DNA from: a virus
Lineage: Duplodnaviria; Caudoviricetes
Reading direction: 5' to 3' (one strand)
Length of the DNA: 25,002 bases
IMG/VR virus record: IMGVR_UViG_3300034356_000431
Location: 1-25,002 of that record
The notes below the pieces were generated by a model. That model ran no database searches and was not told the origin of the DNA. It saw nothing but the letters and a program-made list of their open reading frames with translations. This document shows, in pieces, positions 9,003 to 17,754 of the stretch (position 1 is its first letter; the number at the start of each line of letters is the position of its first letter). The translations under genes and the position numbers were made by a program.

Positions 9003-10357
9003 CAGTATGCTCCCGTCTTTTCATTAACAAAAGTCTCAGTGGAGTAGATAGCCCCAGCGTCTAGGTTAGTCCCGAAGCGGACGATCATGTTGTAGATTTG
9101 ACCATTAGTCGCTATCCCACCCACACCTCTAGCCCCGATATAAATTGGGTAGGCAAGGTAGTTCCCAGTGCCTTGATCACCTGTAGACTGTAGTGCTTGA
9201 GTCCCGTTAAACCTGATGGTAGACCTGTCTCCACCAATATCCCCCAGCCCAGTTATCACAAAACTCTCAATTGCCGCAGTGCCCGTGAGTGAGTCAACTG
9301 GGATTGTACCTTTTGATCGAAACCCACCTCTTGTAGAAGCCCAGTTTCCTAGTAACATAAAAGTTCCGTTGTTGTTATCTGTAATCGTGCTCAGTTCAGC
9401 TATAATGCCAATGTTAGTAGAAAGCTTCCGCACCCCAGCAAAGACCTGAACCTTATCAACCCCCGGAGTAATAGTAGGGGTAACAAGGAAGTCGTCTACC
9501 CCATCGAAGGAGAGGTACGACAAGGATCGAACACCAGCCTCAGTAACGTCAAAGGCAGTCTCTACGCGCTGATAGGCTGTGGCGGTGGAGCCTAGTTCGA
9601 GTTGGGGGCGACCTATGCGATTAAAACTTGTGCCATCTGCCAACCATGTAGCGATATCAAGATCAGCCTGAGCCAACCTCATTAGCCAAGATACTGTCGT
9701 ACCCCCCGTGTTTACAGGAATGGCTGACAGTGTTATTCTACGCCAACCGTTACCCAAGTCAGTAATCGTATGGTTCACATAGGTCATGCTGGCAGAGGTA
9801 GTAAATGACCCTTTGGTAGCGTTGGTTAAATCAAACCACGCATCGACACGATCTGCCACGTTAAGAAAAGCCAGCCTAGCCCATTGTGTGTAGCCTGTTT
9901 GAACCTCGAGAGATAGCGTATGAACCACACCAGCATTTGAAGCGACGCTTCCAGAGATGCCGTGTGTCGATATTGTTGCTGTTGGAATTAGACGCCAATC
10001 TGCGCCATCCGCCGTGACGGTTGATCCATTTTTGGTCCAAAAGACATTGTTGAACTGTTCCGTGAAGGTATATATATTCCTCCGACCACCCAGAGGCACG
10101 ATACCATAAGTAGGACGAGAAGCAGCAGTGGCTTGGGTGGCGTTATTTCCTCTACCGCTTTTGTCGTTAATACGGGCAACAGTCTGACCCGGAGTGGTCA
10201 CAGGGGTAGTGCCTGCGGTGTCTTGGAACATAGTGGTCAGGTCTGAGGGATCATACCAGACGCCGGGTTCAGACGCAGCGAACAAGGATGCAGGAGAGAA
10301 CCTAGAACCAGAAAGGAGTTGCCCTCTAAGGGACACAGGAAGAGCAATAGAGGGCAT
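9002..10357 (-). CDS. Putative head spike fibre protein (lectin/jelly-roll-like domains)
   Basis: WYDPSDLTTMFQD...DKSGRGNNATQAT, DLGNGWRRITL, QLELGSTATAYQ and FDGVDD motifs typical of phage fibre or carbohydrate-binding proteins. Directly after the spike base gene. Confidence 0.65.
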   Translation of the reverse strand: MPSIALPVSLRGQLLSGSRFSPASLFAASEPGVWYDPSDLTTMFQDTAGTTPVTTPGQTVARINDKSGRGNNATQATAASRPTYGIVPLGGRRNIYTFTEQFNNVFWTKNGSTVTADGADWRLIPTATISTHGISGSVASNAGVVHTLSLEVQTGYTQWARLAFLNVADRVDAWFDLTNATKGSFTTSASMTYVNHTITDLGNGWRRITLSAIPVNTGGTTVSWLMRLAQADLDIATWLADGTSFNRIGRPQLELGSTATAYQRVETAFDVTEAGVRSLSYLSFDGVDDFLVTPTITPGVDKVQVFAGVRKLSTNIGIIAELSTITDNNNGTFMLLGNWASTRGGFRSKGTIPVDSLTGTAAIESFVITGLGDIGGDRSTIRFNGTQALQSTGDQGTGNYLAYPIYIGARGVGGIATNGQIYNMIVRFGTNLDAGAIYSTETFVNEKTGAY

Positions 10358-10369
10358 CTTAGTTAATCC

Positions 10370-10639
10370 TTAGATAACCAGAGAGTGAATACCAGTAGCG
10401 GTAGTCCCAGTTGATTTGATCCGGGTCACATTGGAACACGTCACATAGAAGTTCGACGGGAAAGTGACTGTCCGATCAGTCCCATCTACCGTGAATACTA
10501 CGGCGCCGCCGACAGTCACATAGAAGCCGATGACTTGGTTTTGTGCACTGATCCCCATGTTATCCGTGCTGTTGTTGGGAGTAACCGGAATCCAGTCACG
10601 AGCCAACCCAGACGAAAGATCAACGTAATTCGCTGCCAT
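10370..10639 (-). CDS. Head spike base protein (RcGTA Rcc01079-like)
   Basis: 89 aa; VTP...G.V.F...VTF...VTRIKSTGTTATGIHSL matches the family pattern as recalled; AGGGG RBS. Confidence 0.75.
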   Translation of the reverse strand: MAANYVDLSSGLARDWIPVTPNNSTDNMGISAQNQVIGFYVTVGGAVVFTVDGTDRTVTFPSNFYVTCSNVTRIKSTGTTATGIHSLVI

Positions 10640-10654
10640 TTTTTCCCCCTATAA

Positions 10655-11563
10655 TCAGACGGTTCTGGTGATCCGGAGTTGCGTGCCGGTCGTGCTGTCG
10701 CGCAAAGCGACGAACGGCAGCGTGATAAGGCGAGACGCCGGACTTCCGACCGGGACTGCCGCGCCGTTGATCTTGATCCTTGGCATGAGAAGCGTGTACG
10801 CCAGCCCAGCCACGCGGTCATCAAGGACAATCTGCAGCGAGCTCTCGGTCTCGTTCAGGAACTTGTTGATGAGGACGGCGTCTTGATAGAAGACCGTCAT
10901 CGTCCCCTCGAGCGTCGACATCCCGAACTCCATCTGCGGCGTCTGGACTGCGCCAAGAACGAAAATCGGGTTCAAGTTGTTGTTGAGCGTAAAGTCGATC
11001 GAGTTGACAAAGGCGATCGCGGATCCGCCCTCGGTGATCGCTCCGGAGAAACTGTCGAAGGGCTCGTTGTTCGATGCGGCAGTCAAGCTCGCGTCGAGTG
11101 GGGTCGCGCTTTGCGTGATGTTCCGGCCAATGATCCCGAAGGTCGCGGTTGTCATCTGGTTCGGCGCGATCGACATCTGCATCGTGTTGACCATGCAGCC
11201 CGTGAAGGCGCGATACTGCGTGACGTCCAGCGCGCCGTCCTCGACGGTGAACGATTTAACGGTCGTGCCTGTATTCAGAATATTCGATGTGAACGCCCCG
11301 AACAGCGCACCCTCAAGCAGCCAATCGTAATCGGCCGGACGCATCTCGACGGCGATGTCGCCGGTGACGGTGCGCTGTCCGTGACGATCAATGCGCGGCA
11401 TTCGATCTGCCGTGATCTGAGCCGACTGCACGCGCGTCTTGGTGAGGTCAAGCGAGTGCGTGACGAACGGGACCTCCACCATCGCGGGCGTTGATGGCGT
11501 CGTGCCATAAGTGCTCTCCGCGATATAGGCGAGCTGAGTTCTGGAGCCCTGTGCAAACGGCAT
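10655..11563 (-). CDS. Major tail tube protein
   Basis: AYIAESTYGTTP, SFTVE, FTGCMVN motifs; 302 aa; strong AGGAGGG RBS; follows the tail terminator. Confidence 0.88.
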   Translation of the reverse strand: MPFAQGSRTQLAYIAESTYGTTPSTPAMVEVPFVTHSLDLTKTRVQSAQITADRMPRIDRHGQRTVTGDIAVEMRPADYDWLLEGALFGAFTSNILNTGTTVKSFTVEDGALDVTQYRAFTGCMVNTMQMSIAPNQMTTATFGIIGRNITQSATPLDASLTAASNNEPFDSFSGAITEGGSAIAFVNSIDFTLNNNLNPIFVLGAVQTPQMEFGMSTLEGTMTVFYQDAVLINKFLNETESSLQIVLDDRVAGLAYTLLMPRIKINGAAVPVGSPASRLITLPFVALRDSTTGTQLRITRTV

Positions 11564-11578
11564 TTGTAAGCCCTCCTT

Positions 11579-11998
11579 TTATGAGCTGGTGTATGTGTAC
11601 CACGATATCGCCACCGTGACGATATACCACGGCGTATCGAGCACGGCGCCGCCGCGTTCGGCATAGTTGAAGCGAACAGTCACGTCGCCCGAGGTTAGGC
11701 CGGTGTCGACCGTGAACGCCGCGCGGATCGCGTCAGCCAGGGCGTCCGCTGCCGACGCCCCCACGCCCTCGGGGAGGTGCGCAGTCACAAGGAAGCTGCC
11801 GTCATGCCGGATCTGCGGGCTGGGCCCGCGAACGGCGGGGCGGCTTGTCACGGGCACAAGCGCCATGCGGACCCACGCGGTGTTGGTCGTTGGGGTGAAC
11901 CGCACGTTCTCCCATGCGCGATTGCTCGATGACGGGATCCCCGAGACGTTCGCGATCTGCTGCTCTAGCGCCGCGCGGATGTCGTTCATGACTGTCAT
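11579..11998 (-). CDS. Tail terminator-like protein (DUF4128-like)
   Basis: AWENVRFTP...WVR...G.G...A...ADAI...F pattern; directly before the tube gene. Confidence 0.75.
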   Translation of the reverse strand: MTVMNDIRAALEQQIANVSGIPSSSNRAWENVRFTPTTNTAWVRMALVPVTSRPAVRGPSPQIRHDGSFLVTAHLPEGVGASAADALADAIRAAFTVDTGLTSGDVTVRFNYAERGGAVLDTPWYIVTVAISWYTYTSS

Positions 11999-12432
11999 GG
12001 GATCCCCGTCGCCTTGATGTTCTTTATCTCGGTCACGACTGCGTTCGCAATCGCCTTCGAGCGAGCGAGTACCTTGCGCAAGAACTGCGTGCGCGCCTCA
12101 ACGGGCGCTGCGTAGTTCGCGCCGTTCAGGAGGTAGATTGATCCATCAAGGTTCGCAAGCGTCTCGGCTTGACCTGCGAGGCGGGCCATTGTCATCCCGG
12201 GAGCACCGGTCGTCGCCTCGCCGCCAGAAGAGCCGGGAGATCCGGTAAGCGTCGGGGAAAGAAACCAGGATGCCCTGAGCCGCCCGGTCTTCACCGGCGT
12301 GCCCTTCACGACCTCAAGCGACAGCCGGTTTAGATATTCGTTGCGCGCCTGGGCGACTGTCACGCCCGCCTTCTTGGCGATCTTGTCAAGATCGACCGTG
12401 ATCTGCTCGAGGATCTGCTTTTCTGCCATCAT
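11995..12432 (-). CDS. HK97 gp10-like neck/tail completion protein
   Basis: TPVKTGRLRASW and NGANYA..VE motifs. Confidence 0.8.
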   Translation of the reverse strand: MMAEKQILEQITVDLDKIAKKAGVTVAQARNEYLNRLSLEVVKGTPVKTGRLRASWFLSPTLTGSPGSSGGEATTGAPGMTMARLAGQAETLANLDGSIYLLNGANYAAPVEARTQFLRKVLARSKAIANAVVTEIKNIKATGIP

Positions 12433-12806
12433 TCCCTCGCTTGGCAGATGTAGGCGAGGATCGAAGCCCCGCTCTTGATCGTCTGAACCGAAACAACCCG
12501 CACCGGGTCGCCTTCGCCACGCAGCTCGTCATCGATCTGCGGTGTTTTAGTCAACGCCGTGCCGTTATAGGTCGCGGCAATGACTGCCTTGCGGTCGCCG
12601 CGCTGCACCAGCGTGCCGTCGATGTCGCGCGAATTATAGTTGAGGAAGACGACGCGCGCCGTCTCGTCGGCATTGGTCCCGCCAGTTATCGCGCCGGTCG
12701 CCGGGTTGTAGGATCCGCCGCTGCGCGGGCGTCTGAACGTCAGATTGTAGCCATGCTCCCGGAGGAGCGCGACGACATCCCGTTGCATCTCCGCTCCGGT
12801 CGGCAT
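12429..12806 (-). CDS. Head closure / head-tail joining protein
   Basis: YNPATG, IDGTLVQRGDRK and terminal QAR motifs; synteny. Confidence 0.72.
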   Translation of the reverse strand: MPTGAEMQRDVVALLREHGYNLTFRRPRSGGSYNPATGAITGGTNADETARVVFLNYNSRDIDGTLVQRGDRKAVIAATYNGTALTKTPQIDDELRGEGDPVRVVSVQTIKSGASILAYICQARE

Positions 12807-12811
12807 TGCGA

Positions 12812-13270
12812 TCAGTCCTCGTCAAGCATGGGGTCGAACCGCGGTGGGTTCGAGAACTGGTCGACCCGGAACGCCGATGGAACGCGATCAAGGTCGTCCT
12901 CTACGCTGGCCATCTCCGAGATCGACATCCCACCCGCGACCGGCACGCCAAGTCCCACGGATCCCAGCCGTTTGCCCTCTTTGATCAGGCGAACGGCGAG
13001 CTCTGCGTATTGCGTCGCGCGCTGGGAATAGGACGACGAGACGCTTTCGATGCTGGTATCGACCAGCCGCGCATATTTGCCCGAAAGCGCGCGGCATATC
13101 AGAGCGCTGCCGTTGTAGATGTCATCAGCGGCCTGAGATAGCCCGAAGGCGATTTCTTCGTCGCTGACCTGCTGATCGGTCGTGTCGGTGTCACCTACGA
13201 GGAGGCGCACGGCATCGCGCCGCGTCGCCGAGGACGTTGTGCCTGGCGCTCCCCCGTAGGTCCACGTCAT
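12812..13270 (-). CDS. Head-tail adaptor protein
   Basis: MTWTY...DAVRLLVGDTD...SDEEI pattern; position after the capsid gene. Confidence 0.7.
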   Translation of the reverse strand: MTWTYGGAPGTTSSATRRDAVRLLVGDTDTTDQQVSDEEIAFGLSQAADDIYNGSALICRALSGKYARLVDTSIESVSSSYSQRATQYAELAVRLIKEGKRLGSVGLGVPVAGGMSISEMASVEDDLDRVPSAFRVDQFSNPPRFDPMLDED

Positions 13271-13557
13271 TCTTGCACCTTTTTCGCTCGAGCCCTCTTG
13301 GCCAGTGATGGATCAGGAACGTCCTCGGCCAGCTTCTCGCCGAGACCTTTGTCTGTCAGATCGATTGCTGGATTTCCGGGCGCATAATGGCGGACCTTAC
13401 CCGCCCGGAATAGGAGCTCGACCTTCTCTGCGGCAATCCCGAGGGACTGCCAATCAAACGCCGCGCCTCTGTTGAACCGCCGCCCGTGAGCCACGAACGA
13501 GCGGAACGCAAAGAGCGGATCCGACTTCTGGAAAGATCTCTGCTCGACTTTCATCAT
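13267..13557 (-). CDS. Hypothetical protein
   Basis: 96 aa; ATGA overlaps at both ends. Confidence 0.65.
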   Translation of the reverse strand: MMKVEQRSFQKSDPLFAFRSFVAHGRRFNRGAAFDWQSLGIAAEKVELLFRAGKVRHYAPGNPAIDLTDKGLGEKLAEDVPDPSLAKRARAKKVQE

Positions 13558-14546
13558 GCGACAATCGCGTCCCAGAAGAAGCCCAGAGCCGAAGAGACGA
13601 GCTTGTGGTCGTAGTGCGCGCGAGCGCGAACGACGTCAGTGTCCTCTTCATCGCGACGCTTGGTGTCGACCACGAAGCCATACTCGTTCGTGCCGCCCAG
13701 ATAACCGGCCCACGAGAAGGTATAGCCTGCGGCCGGGGTCATGATGCCCGGCGATGGCGGACGATAGGTCAGCAGGCACTTCTTGCCCAGAATGAACGAG
13801 TGAGCGGCGGTGTCGCCCTCTGCTGCGGTGTTCTGGATTGCCTCGCCGACCATGACCTCGTCGACCTCGAAGATCTGCGCGAGCAGGTTCAAGGATGCGA
13901 TCGAGGGCTGCGAGGTGGTCGCGCCGCCGTTGATGCGGCCCTGCACGTCCGGGTGATCAATCAGCGCCGAGTAAACTTGACGGCCCATGACCATCACGTT
14001 CGGCTTGATGCCGGTCGATCCAAGGATCGTGTCGATGCCGACGCGGACGTTGCCGATCGGGTCGCCCGATGTGGTGTCCGACCAGCGAATGACCTGACCA
14101 GTCGACGGCGAGGAAGCGACGCCGGTGATGTCGGTGCCCCAGAGAGAGGTCGAGAAGAACGACGACGAGAAGTCGGTCTCTTTCTGGATCAGCATCTGGT
14201 GCGTCGCCAGTTCGGCGGCCGCGCGAGCGGGATCTGCGGCCGGATCTGCGTTAGCGCGGATCTGATCTGGGATCGGGATCGCAACGCCATATTCTTCGCA
14301 GAAATAGCTGTCGTTTGAGAGGGCATAGCCCACCTCAGACACGCGAGCGCCGGCTGCGCGCTTCTTGGCGCCGTTGCGGTTGAAGTGCGAGCGATCGAAC
14401 GTGAAGTATTTGTCCGATTGCTTCTGCACCGGCACGTTCTGGAAAACGCGCGAAGCGACGAAGCTCTGCGGGTTTTGAAGGAGCGCCAGCGAGATGTTGG
14501 TCAGGGCTGCGTCGATGTGGAACGAGCCAACGGTGGGTTGCGGCAT
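13554..14546 (-). CDS. Major capsid protein
   Basis: HIDAALTNIS, VPVQKQSDKYF, WSD...DPI, G.KPNVMVMG, L.DHP motifs; 330 aa; AGGGGG RBS. Confidence 0.9.
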   Translation of the reverse strand: MPQPTVGSFHIDAALTNISLALLQNPQSFVASRVFQNVPVQKQSDKYFTFDRSHFNRNGAKKRAAGARVSEVGYALSNDSYFCEEYGVAIPIPDQIRANADPAADPARAAAELATHQMLIQKETDFSSSFFSTSLWGTDITGVASSPSTGQVIRWSDTTSGDPIGNVRVGIDTILGSTGIKPNVMVMGRQVYSALIDHPDVQGRINGGATTSQPSIASLNLLAQIFEVDEVMVGEAIQNTAAEGDTAAHSFILGKKCLLTYRPPSPGIMTPAAGYTFSWAGYLGGTNEYGFVVDTKRRDEEDTDVVRARAHYDHKLVSSALGFFWDAIVA

Positions 14547-14564
14547 GATCTAAATCCCCCTGCC

Positions 14565-14933
14565 TTATGCTGATGCGCCGCGCGGCTGGAACAGGATCTC
14601 GATGATCCGCCCAGTAGCGCCGGTTTCAAGAGCCGTGCCGAGGATGATATCTCCGGTCGCGGGATTGACTGCGGTGCCGCTGGCATCCGAAGCCACAGGA
14701 CCGCCACGGGTGACGACGCCACCGCAAACGACCTTGACCTTGCCAGCGATCGCCACGAGCGCAGCGCGCCCAGCGGCTGCGGGAGCGTCTTGCAGGACGC
14801 CGTCCGCATCGACACCATCACCGGTGGGGTCGATCTGACCATCCGCTGCGACGGATACGAAATAGAACTGCTTCGTCGAGAGGTCAGCACCGGCCTCCAG
14901 AGTGACGCAGATCATGTTGTCTTGAGTTGCCAT
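14565..14933 (-). CDS. Capsid decoration/cement protein (DUF2190-like)
   Basis: Small Gly/Ala-rich protein (GVLQDAP, VASDASGTAV, GTALE) directly upstream of the capsid gene. Confidence 0.75.
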   Translation of the reverse strand: MATQDNMICVTLEAGADLSTKQFYFVSVAADGQIDPTGDGVDADGVLQDAPAAAGRAALVAIAGKVKVVCGGVVTRGGPVASDASGTAVNPATGDIILGTALETGATGRIIEILFQPRGASA

Positions 14934-14945
14934 CTGTGGGGCTCC

Positions 14946-15785
14946 TTACTGCACGTTGCGCTTGGCAAAGAGTTCCGCGCCGCGTCCAGTCCTGGTCACC
15001 TCGGCAAACGCCTTGGCAAACGTGACCTTCTTTTCGGCGGCAAACTCGTCTGCCATCTTGTTGAGCTCGGTCATGGCGTCGGTCTCTTGCGGAGCGACGG
15101 TGCCGAACTCGCGGGTCAGCTTCGAGGCGACGGAGTTCGCGCCTTTCAGCATGGCATGAGCGGACTTGCGAACGGTCTCGTCAGCGATCGCATCGATCGC
15201 CTTGAGGACCGCGCCTTTGGTCGCTGCGTCGCCTGCGAGGTGCGGAATCTCGGCGCTTACGCGCTTCGTCAGCTCTTCGGATGCGAGGCGCTTGTTGACC
15301 TCAGCCAGCTCGTCGGACTGCTTGGCGATCATCGAGAGAACGCTCGCAGGGAGCACGCTCTTGAGGATTACCTCGCCGCCGATCTCGATGTAGTCTTCAG
15401 GCTTGCGCTTTTCGACGGTGACGGCTTCGGCGGCGATCTGCACGACGTAACCCTCGGCCTCGAGCGAGCTCACAAGTGCGTCGCGAGATGCTTCGAGGCG
15501 CTTGTTAGTTGCCTCCAGGTCTACGACGCGCTTCTCTTGATCGGACATAGATTGACCCCCTTTGCCCGGATCGCCGGTCGGTCCGGCCCCCTTGCCGCGC
15601 TTCATCCGCGCGACCTGCTCTCGGGCGTCGTCTTCCGACATGCCGCTCTCGATCAGTTCTTTGATTTTGTCCGCGTCGGGCATCATGTCATAACGCTTGA
15701 ACATGACGACGCGCGCGGCAGGGTTTGCTGGCTCGTCGACCAGCGAGAGCTCAATCAGCTCTAGATCTGTAACATTAAACGGCAT
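14946..15785 (-). CDS. Scaffold protein with an N-terminal prohead-protease-like motif
   Basis: Starts with LELIELSLVDEPANPAA, followed by a charged coiled-coil-like region. Confidence 0.75.
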   Translation of the reverse strand: MPFNVTDLELIELSLVDEPANPAARVVMFKRYDMMPDADKIKELIESGMSEDDAREQVARMKRGKGAGPTGDPGKGGQSMSDQEKRVVDLEATNKRLEASRDALVSSLEAEGYVVQIAAEAVTVEKRKPEDYIEIGGEVILKSVLPASVLSMIAKQSDELAEVNKRLASEELTKRVSAEIPHLAGDAATKGAVLKAIDAIADETVRKSAHAMLKGANSVASKLTREFGTVAPQETDAMTELNKMADEFAAEKKVTFAKAFAEVTRTGRGAELFAKRNVQ

Positions 15786-16761
15786 TGCGTTTTCCTATGC
15801 CCCCGATTGAGAACGCGGCCAGCTCGCCGCTCTTAACCCTATTCCATACACTATCGTCGTGCACTTTCATAGCCACGATCCATCCCTCAAGCGCGGAGTG
15901 CACGCCCAGCGCCTCGCCAAGCGCCTTGGTGAGGGGGAATGAGTGAATGACCTCCCCTATCTGCGCGCCCTCGTGCATGGCCTTGGCGACGCGCACGTCG
16001 AGCATGAAGCGATCCGCCGCCTTCGTCATGACATCGGCGGAGATGATGTCGCCCTGCCGATCGACCATCGGCTTGCCGTCGATTGAGACAACCGACGCCC
16101 AGCCCCAGACGATGCGCGCCTCCTCGTCTAGCTTGATAATCTTCGCCGCGCGCTTCTCGACCCGCGCATCTAAGATCGCGCCGATCGCGGCCTCGATCAC
16201 GGTCTCGATCAGATCCTCGGTCGGGTCTTCGATCTCGGCCTGCTCTGGGTCGAGGCTCGCGGGCATGACCATGCCGGCCTCGCCGACCATCTCGAGGTAA
16301 CCCTCATGGGTCGCGCCTGGCATGTAGAACGCCTGCCCGTCAGGCCCTTCGGTCATATGCGCGACGAGCCCGAGCCCGAGCTGGTGCGCGCGCTGCACGG
16401 CCTCGGTCGCCGTTGTAAAGACGTCGTCCGAGATCTGCCGCTTTCCGATATTTTTCATCTTCGTCATCTCCGATACTGAGGTTCCGCTTTCCCACATCCG
16501 GCAAGACCAGTAACGCGCCGAGGTCTTGTCCGTTGCGGTGTCGCATGAGTGCCGCGCGCGGAAATTGGCGCGCGCTTCTGGGTCGTCGCGCCGGATCTCC
16601 ATGTCCGGATCCCCGAACGTGACCTTCGTCACGCGATCCCCGACCTTGACGTAGACACCGAACTTTTTGCTCGCGCCTGCCGGAAGCCGGAATGGCTTGT
16701 CGAGCTCAACCGTGCGCCCTTCATAGTCGGCCTTCGTGATATTGACGGCATCAGTCGACAT
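15775..16761 (-). CDS. XkdF-like putative prohead serine protease with N-terminal accessory domains (328 aa)
   Basis: C-terminal RIVWGWASV...DRQGD...AMH...GW...VWNRVKSGELAAFSIGG. Start set at ATG 16761, overlapping the end of the upstream gene. Confidence 0.8.
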   Translation of the reverse strand: MSTDAVNITKADYEGRTVELDKPFRLPAGASKKFGVYVKVGDRVTKVTFGDPDMEIRRDDPEARANFRARHSCDTATDKTSARYWSCRMWESGTSVSEMTKMKNIGKRQISDDVFTTATEAVQRAHQLGLGLVAHMTEGPDGQAFYMPGATHEGYLEMVGEAGMVMPASLDPEQAEIEDPTEDLIETVIEAAIGAILDARVEKRAAKIIKLDEEARIVWGWASVVSIDGKPMVDRQGDIISADVMTKAADRFMLDVRVAKAMHEGAQIGEVIHSFPLTKALGEALGVHSALEGWIVAMKVHDDSVWNRVKSGELAAFSIGGIGKRNAV

Positions 16762-17584
16762 CTTCGATCCACCCATAAAATCCTGCCGAGACGCTTGCAG
16801 CCTTATCTGTCGTGACGCGAAACCCGACAATCGCTCCGGCGGGAAACGCCGCTAACGCGCCATCTGCAAGCGTTGTTGTGTTGTCTTGAAGGTCGAGCGT
16901 CCCCTGCTCCAAGAGCAGCCCGGTGTCCTCGAAGCGATCAACGGTCCCGTCAAGGTTCGCGATCGCCGATGCGACTATCGAGACCTGCACCTTCGCCGCC
17001 GCGCTGCCCGAGGATGATCCGGCAAAGAGCGAATGCACGATCAGCCGCTTGCCCGCAGGAACGCGAAACGCGCTGCTGCGCGTGGCGCGCGCTTCTGCCT
17101 CAAGATATTTGTAACGTGTTCCGCTATTGGTGACAGTGATATTCCCTACGACGTGCTTTTCAGATCCGAATGTCAGCCCGGTGAGATCCCCGACCCAGCG
17201 CACATTGGTCGCCGTCGTCAGCACGGGCGTCGTTCCGTTCATCGTCACGATCTCGCTCTGCGGGTTCAGGTTCGCATCGAGGTAGTTGAACCGCAGGGTG
17301 CGGACGCCCGTGCCTGCCGCGCTGTCCTGCGCGCTGGTCGAGACGATCGTCATTTGCACGCCGCCTGCGGGCGCGACTGATGGGTCTTTCACAGTCGACC
17401 CGGGCCAAATCATAATATCTGTCACCGCGCCGCTGGTCGTCAGCGTCCCGGTGATCGCGACCGACTGCGCGCCTTCGACGCGCCCGCGTGCGATCTCAAC
17501 CTGCTGCGTGAACATCAGCCGCCAGATCCGCTGCGACCAATCGCGCACGGGTTTGATCGTCTTGGTGTATCCGACTTCCGTCAT
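16751..17584 (-). CDS. Hypothetical protein, probably virion-associated
   Basis: 277 aa, Thr/Gly/Val-rich with beta-type composition; coupled to both neighbours. Confidence 0.65.
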   Translation of the reverse strand: MTEVGYTKTIKPVRDWSQRIWRLMFTQQVEIARGRVEGAQSVAITGTLTTSGAVTDIMIWPGSTVKDPSVAPAGGVQMTIVSTSAQDSAAGTGVRTLRFNYLDANLNPQSEIVTMNGTTPVLTTATNVRWVGDLTGLTFGSEKHVVGNITVTNSGTRYKYLEAEARATRSSAFRVPAGKRLIVHSLFAGSSSGSAAAKVQVSIVASAIANLDGTVDRFEDTGLLLEQGTLDLQDNTTTLADGALAAFPAGAIVGFRVTTDKAASVSAGFYGWIEDVD

Positions 17585-17754
17585 AGCAAAAACACCTGCG
17601 TCGTGTCATCCGCTGCCGCGATCGCCTCGTATATGTAAATCTCAACCAGCTCTTTATCGGGCTCATTGTATGATTTGAGCAGATCGTCCGCCGCTGCGTC
17701 GCGCTGGTTAGCCGGTAGAGCAAAGATCTGTGCCGTCATCTCTTGATACGTCAT
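17581..17754 (-). CDS. Small acidic protein (57 aa), candidate immunity/inhibitor of the MuF peptidase
   Basis: Not in the ORF track. Hand translation MTYQEMTAQIFALPANQRDAAADDLLKSYNEPDKELVEIYIYEAIAAADDTTQVFLL*. ATGA overlap with the MuF stop and ATGA overlap with the next start. Confidence 0.72.
   Translation of the reverse strand: MTYQEMTAQIFALPANQRDAAADDLLKSYNEPDKELVEIYIYEAIAAADDTTQVFLL

Noticed and set aside
14790-15764. 324-aa + strand ORF and similar + strand ORFs (57..545, 10679..11494, 13605..14318, 20377..21063, 21003..21782)
   Set aside because: All lie opposite well-supported genes and show no recognisable motifs, unlike the HNH ORF.
17496-17723. 75-aa track ORF after MuF
   Set aside because: Overlaps the next gene by 89 nt; the 17581..17754 frame fits with ATGA coupling at both ends.
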